Of a DNA stretch of 64,000 nucleotides, positions 52,481 to 64,000 are shown one piece after another. Source of the stretch: Eledone cirrhosa. Lineage: Eukaryota. The stretch is taken from contig CAXHJY010001404.1 of assembly GCA_964016885.1 (NCBI GenBank), positions 199,464-263,463 of the forward strand. The letters run 5' to 3'. The position numbers were made by a program, and so were the translations under genes. The stretch's first letter is position 1. Each line of letters opens with the position of its first letter. The notes under the pieces are model-generated. The model ran no database searches. It saw nothing but the letters and a program-made list of their open reading frames with translations, and was not told the origin of the DNA.

Positions 52481-52925
52481 CTGCTAGAGCGCGCTAGCTG
52501 TCAGCTTTTCAATATTCATAGCCAGAAGGCTTTCCAAATGTTTATTCATAAACATACCACATATCATTAGATATACGAAGTTCACATATTTATATGTATA
52601 CAGCTATGTCAGTGCGAAAACATTAATTCTACTTTCAAGCTGAGCCAGCTTGTACAGCTCCATATGCAAATGAGGCTAATCAGCCCATCTATATAGGCGA
52701 AAAAATTATATATTTTCACCTGTTTCAAATTCCAGCAAAGAGCAGAGGAAGCACTGTCCTGATTACTGCCAGAGCCAGAAATGCATTGGTCATTGTCCTT
52801 CACTACTTCTGCTAGACGGCGCTAGCTGTCAGTTTTTCACTATTCATAGCTAGAAGGCTTTCCAAATGTTTATTTGTAAATATACTGTATATCATTAGAT
52901 ATTCGAAATCCACATACTTATATAT
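52481..52925. repeat. ~115-bp direct repeats with 328-bp period
   Basis: CTGCTAGA..GCGCTAGCTGTCAG...AGAAGGCTTTCCAAATGTTTATT...ATCATTAGATA starts at 52481 and 52809. Confidence 0.8.
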
Positions 52926-55473
52926 TTATCATCATCACCATTTAATGTCTGTTATGGGTTAGGCAAGTTGTCATGCTATGAGGCTAGTCAGGTCAGGTGA
53001 CCACGTCTTACTCATATAATCTGTTTTTGTCTTGGGTTTTCTACAACTGGATGAATTTCCTAACCCCAACTACATTACAGCAAATATTGGGAGCTTTTCT
53101 CACAGCACCACCACCACCTCTTTATAAGGTGAATGCATATATATAGTCAATTTTGATTGCTCTGCACTTTTTTATACAGCTGTTGTCCTTCATACGCATC
53201 ACATGTCCATACCAACGCAATCTCCTCTCCAGAGCACATTTGATACCTCTTATGCTTAGTCTCTCTCTTGATTCGTTTATGCATTATTTCCATTATTCAA
53301 ATATAAACATGCATGTATTTAAAATTGGGGATTGGTTTTTAAACTTTGAAAAATACTAAATTTTTGATTTTACAAAATACTTTACATATTTACAAATCAT
53401 ATGAAAATCAATATATATATATATATAAAGAAGGTAATAAATGGATTGGGAGTAGTTTTTTTATTGACTAGCACCAACATATGCAAAAAAAAGGATTTAA
53501 TGCTTTTCTTATTGTTTTTATTATTGTAAGAAGTATATTATATTTGTTTCGATTTTTCTTACTTATTCTAGTTGTGCATCACCCTAGATGAGCTGAGTGC
53601 ATTTTCAAATTGTGTTCTGACTTGCATAGCTCACTTTCTCTCTTCCCCTCTCCTTCTCTTTCTTCTCCTCTCCCTCTCTTTCATCCCCTCTCTGATACCA
53701 CCACCCCCTTGGATCTACATCCATTATCATCTCTCCATCTTCAAAAATTCTTTTTAAAATTATTGATTTTTTGATATAGAATTCTTGTACTTGCATCTAC
53801 CTAATTTCACTCTCAAGACTAGTGACAACTTAAAGCTATGGTAAAAGACACTTGTACAAACTACCACATAGTGGGATTAAACCCAGTACCTTGTGATTGC
53901 AAAGCAAAATTCTGAACCATTCATCCTTGTTAGCACATGTAGAAGAGAGCCATTACTTGGGTGGTCAAATATTTTGAAGTATTGCCTACACGATCTCTGC
54001 ACAAACAGACATGAGATGAATGTCCAGCTATGTTGACCTGTCTCTATTGACCAGTGGATGTACCAAACATGATGATCATTCCATACTTGTTTTCCTCTAC
54101 GAGTTAAGGTTTATAACCAAGTTGTTTGTATTTTTCATCATCACTGTAATCATCATCTTCACTGTTATAATCTTCATCATCACCACCACCATCATCGTTT
54201 TTACATCTTTTTTACCATACTGGCTTGGGTTAGGTAAAACTTTTTGGAGCAGTTTTTTTCTGCAGCTATACGTCCTTGCTAACACCAGCCTATAACTTTA
54301 TTGTTTTTTAAGTAAGTTACACCTCTGTAAATTACTGTAGAGTGTATTGTGGTACCTTAGATTACAATGCATGGCAGCATCTGCATACTTTACATGATGG
54401 GGCAGAATGCATGAAGCAAAGCATGGGACCATATGTAAGCAAGATGCAGACCCCTGGTCTGTCAGGGAAGTCAGTAGCCCAGCTTCAGTACTAACTTAGT
54501 CTATGAAGACCGTCCAACCCTTGCTCGTAGGGAAACTGATGATGGTGACTGTGACGACATATGTATAGAGTGAATGTATGATGAATGTCAGCAATGAGTG
54601 AGAGATACTGATAAAACTGTGTACTGATAAGAGAATGAGAGGGATATGGACAGTTGTAATGGGTGGAGCAATGATGTTGTTAGAGTATAAATGCCACTGA
54701 CTTGCTGAGTACTTATCAATTTCTCTCGTGCTGGTGACATGATAAAATGCACTTTGTACACTGTAAAGTGGTAATGTTTGTCCCACAATAAAATGCACTC
54801 AGGGCACACTAAAGTGGTAATGCTTGTTCCAATATAAAAAGCACTCAGTACCCTCTGTAAAATGGTTGTTAGGGCATCCAGTCGTAGAAACCAAGCCAAC
54901 TATGGAACATATATGCAAGACATGGTTCTCCAATCAGCTTAGCTTCATATCATAGCCACCCATCCATCCTATGCCAGCATGGAAAACGGATGCAAGAAAA
55001 CAAAGAAAGATTACATTATTCAATGTGTCCTTTCTGCAAGATAGTAGGGTGTGATTTGAGTAATATGTAGCTGTTATTTCTACCAGATCAAATGACTATA
55101 GAGTTGCTTCTTCAGTCTACACTATAGGGTAATCAAGTTACTGTCTAGCCACTTACTATATTCATCAGAACTTACTATCTCTGCCAGGACACTGTACATT
55201 GCTGATTCATTAGTTAGTTAATTAGCTACAAGGAGACAAGATACAATGTTGGTTAATTAGCTGCAATGAGACTGTATACTACTGTTTAATTAGCTAATCT
55301 CTATCTGCAATGAGACAGTGTATATTGCTGGTCAATTAGTTGCAAGAAGACAGTGTTACACTGTTGATTAATTAGCTAAATAGCTGCTATCTATCTGCAA
55401 GAAGACAGTGTACACTGTTAATTAATTAGCTAATTAGCTATTCTCTAAATTTTGTCTTAATTTCTGAGGTGTG

Positions 55474-57098
55474 AAATCGACTTTCCCCTCCCCCAAAATT
55501 GCTGGCCTTGTGCCTATATAAGATACCATTATTATTATTATTAATATTAGGGTAGTGGATTGGCAGTATCGGTAGAAGGTCATACGCTGTGCTTTGCAGC
55601 ATAGAGTTATGGCCCTTTATGATCTGAGTTCAAATCCCGCCGAGGTTAACTTTGCCTTACATCCTTACAGGGTCGATAAAATAAAGTACCAGTCACGCAC
55701 TGGGGTCGATTTAATCAACTTTCCTCTCCTCAAAATTGCTAGCCTTGTGCCTATATAAGAAACCATTATTATTATGGATTGGCAGTATTTGTAGAGCCTC
55801 AGACATCATGCTTTGCAACATAGAGTTAGGTTCTGAGTTCAAATTCCGCCGAGGTTAGCTTTGCTTTTGATCCTTACAGGGTTGATTTGGTTGACTTTCC
55901 CCTCCCTTTCGGATTGCTGACCTTGTGCCTAAAGTAGAAACAATTATTATGTGGTTTAGCAGTATCGGTAGAGCGTCAAACACCATGCTTTGCAGCATAG
56001 TTTATGGTCCTTTACATTCTGAATTCAAATCCCGCCAAGGTTAACTTTGCCTTTCATCCTTACGGGGGTCGATAAAATAAAGTACCAGTAATGCACTGGC
56101 GGAATTGCCGGCCTTGTGCCAAAAGTAGAAACATTATTATTTTCATTTGAAAAAGAAAATCAGGGAAGAGAGGGAAGTGCTTTCTTCCCAGCATTTTGTT
56201 GAAAGATGGGTGAGAGAGGCAAGAATAGCCTGAGTGAATGGGCCTACTCTGAGTATGTGCCTGTAAATTGAAGGTGGAAAACTGGGAGAGGGCACTTGCC
56301 CTGGTGGTCAGGGTCACAGTGGCTTTTTTAATGGGCTTTTTCCACGATGGCCCTCGGAAGTCTCCCCCCTATTGGGGAATTTTTCATTGTTCCTTTTTTG
56401 TTACATCCTCTGTTTTTGTTTATTTTACACGCAGAAATGCCCATTTGTACCGTCCTGTATTGTCCTTAATGTGGTTAATAAAGAAAGCATTATTATTATT
56501 ATTATTTATCTGGATTATGGTGGTGAATTGGCAGTATCGGTAGAGGGTTGGACGCCATGCTTTCCAGCATAGTTACGTCCTTTTACGGTCTGAGTTCAAA
56601 TCCCGTCGAGGTTAACTTTGCCTTTCATCCTTACGGGGTCGATAAAATAAAGTACCAGTAATGTACTGGATAATTGCTGGCCTTGTGCCAAAAGTAGAAA
56701 CAATTATTAATCTGGATTGGCAGTATCGGTAGAACATCGGACATCATACTTTGCAGCATAGTTGTGTTCTGAGTTCAAATCCTGCTAAGGTTAGCTTTGC
56801 CTTTCATCCTTATGGGGTTGATTCATTGACTTTTCCCGCCCACCAAAATTGCTGGCCTTGTGCCTAAAGTAGACAATTATTATACAATCGTTTTAGTAGG
56901 GTATTGGATTGGTAGTATCTGCTTTGCTGTATTTGGTTACGACTTGCTACATTCTGAGCTCAAATCCCGCCATGGTTAACTTTGCCTTTAATCCTTCCAG
57001 ACTTAATAAAATGAAATACCAGTAAAGAACTAGGGTCAATATAGTCGGCTTTCCCCACACCCCTAAATTACTGAGCTGTACCTGAAATAGAAATCATT
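55474..57098 (+). mobile_element. Head-to-tail array of about 7 SINE family A copies with an embedded Tx1-like 3' end
   Basis: Heads GGATTGGCAGTATCGGTAGAG at ~55556, 55775, 55950, 56520, 56713 and 56905; copies end in AGAAACAATTATT-like tails. Confidence 0.9.
56141..56505 (+). mobile_element. Tx1/L1-like LINE 3' end in a SINE (ATT)n tail
   Basis: FHLKKKIREEREVLSSQHFVERWVREARIA; CATTATTATT on both sides. Confidence 0.7.
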
Positions 57099-58172
57099 TT
57101 TATACAGTCTTTCTTTTTTTCCTGACTAGTGTCCTCTTTTTGCTTGTTATCAACACACTATTTCAGCCCTTGTGTCCCTACTTTGCTGCAGCCTTTTTAG
57201 GGTGTCCGTTATATATTGTTATTGTTGTTAACTTTGTTTTCCCTCCTTTCATTCATCTTTTGTCTCCTACTTCTACATTATTACCTTTTCGTGTTACCAT
57301 TCTTCATACTCACCTGTCTTACTTCATTTGGTCTGATACCAACAACTGATGGATTCTTTCACCTTAACACCCTCAGTTATCAATTAAGTGTTTATTGTAA
57401 CAATATCAATTAACCAATCAGCTTTTCTCTGTAACCCTTGTCAATAAACAAACCAGGTGTTCCCTTTAACACCACCAAGTAACTAACCACATGTTCATTT
57501 TGACACTTTCATTTATCCAACCAGTTTTTGTTCACTTTATCGCCCATCAGTTAGTCAACCAGTTGTTCATTATAACATTTGTCAATTAATCAACCAGCTG
57601 TCTGTTAACCCTCATATTGCTAATCTTAATTTTCTGTGATGGTACGCACAGTTGTGGTAGTTTAGAAAATAAAGTACATGTGCATAGAAACCTTGAACAT
57701 GGTCGCTCAACCCACTAGAAAAAGCGAAAAATAACATTTACCTCAAATCACACCCCACCATCGTAAATAGGGAATACAGTGGAACACATGCAAAAAGATG
57801 GGATGGTCTTGGCTGGATGGCCTCAGTCATAGATCTGTTCAATCAAATTTGATTGATTTTGTTGGGGGCTAAACAACAAAATTGACTATATACATATGGT
57901 ACATACAGCAAAGCTGAGCAAAACCCTCCTTGTACTAATCTATGCATGTATTATTACGTCTGACAAGCATGTAGCTAGATAATGTAATGAGTGTGAAGGG
58001 CACCCCTACACTTCTCTCCTCCTCCTTCTCCTCCTCCTCCTCTTTCCCATTTGGGCCTGTGACCTTTAGAAGGGCAGCAAAAGGCAGGTGGGTGGAGGCA
58101 CAGCCTATGTGTTCGGAGACTGGAATGCAGTGCAAGCAGTATCTTAATGCTTTATCTACCTGCTACTTTCAG

Positions 58173-58265
58173 ACGGATCTAACCTTAGTCCAGCTACATG
58201 CTATCGAATGCAAGTCAACATCGGATTTGGAACAGAAGGACAGCAGAATAGAAGAACTTATTAGG
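58173..58265 (+). CDS. TLK: Tousled-like kinase exon, start of coiled-coil 1 (TDLTLVQLHAIECKSTSDLEQKDSRIEELIR)
   Basis: CTTTCAG acceptor and GTAGGT donor; 93 nt. Aligns by eye with human TLK2 [31 protein letters not shown]. Confidence 0.92.
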
Positions 58266-59496
58266 GTAGGTCCCTTCCCTACTACCTACTTACTACTAAT
58301 ACTAACATACTACAACAACAACTGTTAATACCTCCACCAGCTCCACAACTATCTAACCACCCCTTTATCCACCAAACCCAAACTTATTCTTAATTCTTTG
58401 CTAATCCTTTAAATTAATTTATATATATATATATATATAATGTGTGTATGTGTGTCATTTTCTCTCTCCTTTTGTTTCTCTTTATCTTTCTATTTACCTA
58501 CCTACCTATCTCTCTCTCTCATCTTCAATTTTTTTAATTCTTGCTTTTTTTGTGCAATGAATCCGCTGTTGGCTTGATGTGTCCTAAGAATGACCAAAAC
58601 TTGATTGCTAAGACAACTACACTTCTCACAGTTGGTCTAGCAATACGAGAAATCAGGGTAGACTGTAGACCAAGATACTAGGATGTGGTTAACCCTTTCA
58701 TTACCATATTACTAATGAAAGACAGACACTACGTTTGATTTTCAAATAATTTTGAAAATAATCAAGAATTTGGAGGAATTTTGTTTCGTAAAATGGTACT
58801 ACTGGTGCCACAATAAAACTCACCCAGAACACACTGTAAAGGGATAGTGCTGGTGCTGCAATAAAATGTACACAATACATACTGTAAAGTATGAGTGTTC
58901 GTATCACAATAAAGTGAACCCACTATACACTATAAAGTGGCAGTATTGATGCCATGATAAAATACAGCCAATAGATGCTGAGTGCTGATGTCACTATAAA
59001 TTGCACCAAATCTACTCTGTAAGGTGGGGTGGCTGTAGGAAGGGCATCATGAATATAACAAGCCAAAACTGAGTGTATGAGCAGGTTGTGGTCATCTGAT
59101 CTGTCTCAGATCATGACAACCTGTCCAACCCATGACTGTAGAAATTGAATGTAAAATGATGATTGTGTTGCAGTTGACTAATGTCAATTCTGATGATAAG
59201 TGTTCCATTTATTTGATCAATGGAACAGGCTGCTCATGAAACTGATGAGTACCCTTAATTCAGCTTTCAGGGAGATTCAATGTGACACAATATGTGACAA
59301 GGCTGAGCTCTTTAAATTACAGATTCAACCAATTTCTGCCAGCTGGAGCAATATGAAATAAAGTGTATTAGTGAAGGACACAAACACCTGGCCAGGAATA
59401 AAACTCACAACTTTATGATAGTGAACCGAACACTAAACTATGTGCCTTCACCTGCATATATACATTACAGGTTTGCATGCATTCATGATACATATA

Positions 59497-60710
59497 CAGG
59501 GTGCGAACGATATTTGTTCGCAAGATTACTGTCTAGGAAAAAATAACACAGTAGTTTTATTTTTTAAGATATATTTATCAAACTTAGGTCAGTTTGTCTT
59601 CATGACTTGTTCTTTCGATCTCACTCGATAAACCCGCCATTGGCTTTGATGACGGCCTCAAGGCGGCCTCGGAACCGGCTACAGGCCTGCGTCACTGTCC
59701 CCCGACTTAGGCCCCTAAAGGCACTTGTGATCCTGGCCTTCAGATCGTCTTTTGTATTGCAGCTAGATCTGTTGGTGTCTCGTTCCACTGCGCTCCACAC
59801 AAAGAAGTCGAGGGGGTTGCAGTCAAGCAAGCTGGGAGGCCAGGCTTGGGTCTTTCGGCTGGTATGGCAGGGCGCTGAGTCTTGCTGCCACACGTATGGC
59901 CTACCTGCAGCTACCTAGCCATCGGTGTTCAGCTTGAGGCCCTCAGGGAAGAAGTTAGGTGGCATGACGTCACCTTGACTGCTGACGACACCTAAGACCA
60001 ATGTTGTCGCTGGAAACTTTGTCTGCATGACTCTGGGCACGTCTTTGGATGAGACAGCGAGCCACCTGTTGTTCTGGGAGTTGATCTTCTGGTCTTGGCA
60101 GAAGTTTTTCTCGTCGGAGAAAAACCACAGCATGTCTGGCTCCAGTGGGTGTTTCAACTTGTTGATCAGCTTCTTTGCGTGCTTCAGTCACTTTTCTTGC
60201 ATCGCCTTTGACAGAAATTGTCCTTTCCTCATCTTGTATGAAACGTAGCGAATGTCTTCATGTACCACCAGCCTAATGAGCTTTTCATCCACGCCTTTCT
60301 CCCTTGCAATGGCACGCATTGACTTGCTAGGTTCATTTTTGATGATATCCTTCAGCGACGAACTCGGGCGTTCTGAAGGCATCAGATCGTCGATCATTTT
60401 TTTTTTCCTTTGATGTTGCTTCGTAGTCGAATCCTGAATCTTCCAATTCCTTTCTGACCTTTTCCACCATTCTCCTGCTGACGCTGAGAAAGTCTGAAAT
60501 TTCCTTATTTCTCCTCCCGGCGCGGATTCAAGAACACCGTGTTTCTTCCACAAATTTGGAGATTCAAAATTATTCATAATCAATTATTCTGAAAATAAAT
60601 AATGGAAATATAGTCACTGTTTTTATGAAGACAAGAGTGACAACGGAAGTTAAAAAAAATTGCATAAAATTAGCAGTTTAAAATTGCGAACTAATATCGT
60701 CTGCACCCTG
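59497..60710 (-). mobile_element. Tc1/mariner superfamily (maT/DD37D-like) transposon, inactivated
   Basis: 27-bp TIRs CAGGGTGCGAACGATATTTGTTCGCAA / TTGCGAACTAATATCGTCTGCACCCTG, TA flanks; transposase fragments WFFSDEKNF, WQQDSAPCH and DCNPLDFFVW split over several frames. Confidence 0.9.
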
Positions 60711-60739
60711 TATATATATTCTATGCGCAAAGTACAATT

Positions 60740-61176
60740 TTGCTTGGTAGTGAGACATAGGCAATGGATGCACAGGATATGCAAAGGCTGCAGAGAAATG
60801 AAGCAAGCATGCTTCAATGGATGTGCAATGTTAATATCCATGAAGAATGACAAAGCAAGGATGAGTTGGGGTTAAACTGAGTATAAGAAGAATGAGAAGT
60901 AGTTTGCAGGAGAAAAGACTGTACTGGTATGGACATGTGATGTGCATGAATGATGACTGTTGGGTGAAGAAGTGCCAGAAAATCTCTGTGGAAGAAACTG
61001 CAGAAGAGGGAGACCAAAGAAGAACTGGGCAGAGGTGGTGAAAGCTGATCTCAAATCACAGAAACTCACAGGAGGGATGATAAAGGAGTGTGACAAGTGG
61101 AGAGATGCTGTGTTGAAAAAGATACTTCCAACCCATGTATGCATGGAAAAGCAGACATAAAATGAGGATGATGATT
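60740..61176 (+). mobile_element. Decayed RTE 3' end (same lineage as 1469-3057)
   Basis: GSET, LQRNEASMLQWMCN, WYGHVM and GRPKKNW remnants; (GAT)-type tail. Confidence 0.8.
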
Positions 61177-62242
61177 TATTCACATGCACGCACACACACA
61201 CACACATTTTATAAATTTAAATAAATGTACACCCAACTTCATGTTTCATTTTATAAATTGAAAATGATTTTATAATCATCCACTTCCTCCGGCTATATCT
61301 ATATTAATCTTTTTTTCTCCTCTGATTCTATTATCCTTAAATTACATATAAATGCGTATATGCATGTGTATATAGGACATATATGTCTCTCTGTGTGTAT
61401 GTATGTGAGAAAGAAAAAATGTGTTTGTGTGTGTATATGTATGCTTTTATGTCATTGGTCACATCAAGTAGATCTATGTTTGTGTGTGCGTGTCTGTCTA
61501 TGACTCTTCCAGCATAGTAGATACTGCAGCAGTTAAAGAAAGAAAGATGTCCTTTCAAAAACATACAGCTAAATACTCCTGTCTTATTTTACTCATGATA
61601 AAGCACAACAAAACTAAAAAGATTGTGCGTTTATGTACAAGTGGGTATGTGTGAGTGTGTATGTATGTGAATATATATGTATTGATACCTTAACATATAT
61701 ATATATACACGAATAGTATATGTATATAGATGCGAATGCGTGTATGTATATGAATAGAAAGAGCATGTATATGAGTGTGTGTGTGTGAAGCCATAAGTCA
61801 GAACATTAGTTGAGTAAATCTTGTGCAATTTCAATATCAGTAGTGGCCAACAATGCCATAAAAATGCAATTTTTTTCTTCTTTCTCGCAGCAAGCTTGGA
61901 TTGCACATCGGCTCAGTTGTAGAAATATTTAAAATATGTTTTTGTTGGAGCAATTAATAGCTTCCTTTCAAGGTTATGTTGAATACTTACCTAACTGAGT
62001 GCTCTATATACACTTCAGTGACTGACCAACAACTACAACAACTGCAACTATAACTTGGAAGATATTTTGTTTAGATATTGACAAAACATTAGCATATATG
62101 TCTGTCTACTTGTATGTATGTGTATTTACATAATTTTGTGTGTGTGTGTGTGTGCACAAACATTTTTTTTCTCTTTTTGCAAATATTGTTGCCTCACTGC
62201 AGGTAACTATAAATAATAGTTGAATAAGTTAGGTATAGTAAA

Positions 62243-62433
62243 GGTGGATTGGCAGTATCGGTAGAGGGTCGGACGCTATGCTTTTCAGCAAAGAGTTACG
62301 GCCCTTTACAGTCTGAGTTCAAATCCCGCCGAGGTTAACTTTGCCTTTCATCCTTACGGGGTCGATAAAATAAAGTACCAGTAATACACTGGGATAATTG
62401 CTGGCCTTGTGCCAAAAGTAGAAACAATTATTA
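62243..62433 (+). mobile_element. SINE family A, solo copy
   Basis: TGGCAGTATCGG A box, GAGTTCAAATCC B box, central domain and AGAAACAATTATT end. Confidence 0.85.
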
Positions 62434-62502
62434 CCGTTATTTGCAATGTGGCAACTATATTTACAAATTTGCCTGTTCTTCTTAAGTCAACCAAGCTTTG
62501 TT

Positions 62503-62533
<31 letters not shown>

Positions 62534-62910
62534 GTTTTAGCCATTGCAAGTTTCAATATGTAAAACTCAAAACAGTGGTCAAAACCTCGGTTTAAATGTA
62601 AATATATGAATAAACGCTAGATGATGCATAGAAATCTGTCTTTTTTTTTTTTTCTTGCCTACAAACCGTAACATTTGGAAATATACATATATGTGTATAC
62701 GTGTTCTTATTAATAATCATCATCGTCAATCGTCATTATTTTTACTTTCCTTTTTCCACTTTGGCATTGGTTAAACAGGACACTTTTTTAGGCATTTTAA
62801 AGGTTTTGCAGCTTCTCTTCCTAACACTAAACCCTTTTAATCAATTCTTATGATATGCAGGGACATAGTGTACTTATTCTACACAAGATACATACAGTGT
62901 TTTTATTGAT

Positions 62911-62948
<38 letters not shown>

Positions 62949-64000
62949 ATCAACTCTACACATGATGTCACTTCTGGGATCGCTGACTCAGGGAGATCTT
63001 ATATATATATATATATAGTGTAAGAAACTCTCAGGAGAGCTGGACAGCAGAAGGTCTTCAGAGAAGAAACCCCCTTCAAGCAAGTGTTTCAGCACATATA
63101 ATTATATATATATATATATATGTATATGATTCCGTGGCTGAGATTGTGCTGGGGCATATGTGTGTATGTGTGTGTGTATTGATATTTATAGTAGCAGAAT
63201 ATAGAAATTATCTAGGTGTTAGTTGAATGGATTTTCATCATCCTCATCATTATCATTATCGTCGTTATCAGCATTTTTTTCTACTTGTTTTGTGTTTCCA
63301 AATAAAAAATATATATGTATTGAAAAACTATAATTCCATTATCTTGTCTCTCAGATATATTTCTAGTCTTAAAGTATTCAAATCAATTCACTTTATGTTG
63401 ATAGTTGTTTGGGGATTTATATCAGATCTTTGTGTGTGTAGTGTGTGTGAAATGTGTAGATAAGTATTGTACATAGCTGTTCTCTTAACTGGCCATTTAG
63501 CAACATGTCAACCATGATACAGCAGGCCTTATAATCTAAGATGTTCCAATTGTGACCTTTCCCACCCTTTTTTTTTTACATTTCTCTTGGCATAATTTAT
63601 CTATGACTACTTAATTGAATTACTGTATTACTCTATTACGTGTTCCAGCCGGCAGGCTGAGGCCATGCTGGGGCACCACCATTGTGTACTTCTATTTTTT
63701 CTCTCTCTCTCTCTCTTTTTTTTTTTGCATAAGACAGCAGAGTATGATGGCAGGAGGGGATTGGTTTCTATTACTAGCAAGGGGAATAACCATATTTTTT
63801 AAAATTTTGTTTCATTGTTCAGGCACCTATTAGCCGACAGTGAATCCGACACTCCTACAACAATTAAGGGTTCAATTGTCTTCATAAGCAAGTCTTTGGT
63901 CTTGCCTTCTAACATAGACTTTTATTGTTTTACTGGTTTCAGTCATTAGACTGCAGCCATGCAGCTGACCTGCCTTAACATTTTACTTACCATAATTGTT

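Noticed and set aside
57987-58172. 5' part of ORF 57987..58328 as coding sequence
   Set aside because: TLK similarity starts only after the acceptor at 58172; the upstream part is intronic read-through.

Overview
Eukaryotic, AT-rich, microsatellite-dense genomic DNA, most likely from an octopus or other coleoid cephalopod (inferred from the SINE, RTE and microsatellite landscape). The only host gene I can support is the N-terminal part of a Tousled-like kinase (TLK) gene on the + strand. It has five small, phase-compatible GT-AG exons (10681-10765, 20382-20446, 47730-47810, 49967-50095, 58173-58265) separated by introns of 2-27 kb; the kinase domain lies beyond the window. The rest is intronic repeat DNA. 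It includes young RTE-type LINE fragments with a C4HC3 PHD finger inside the RT region, nested in (TA)n arrays, and Penelope-type (PLE) ends with minimal hammerhead ribozymes, among them a ~295-bp palindrome carrying a U3-A8 variant hammerhead on each strand. It also includes Tx1/L1-like LINE 3' ends, tRNA-derived SINEs sharing 3' ends with these LINEs, an internally deleted Gypsy-like LTR element without a canonical PBS, Tc1/mariner, piggyBac- and hAT-type MITEs, foldbacks and minisatellites. Most ORFs in the supplied track are microsatellite translations. Repeat boundaries were read by eye and are approximate unless TSDs or TIRs are quoted.
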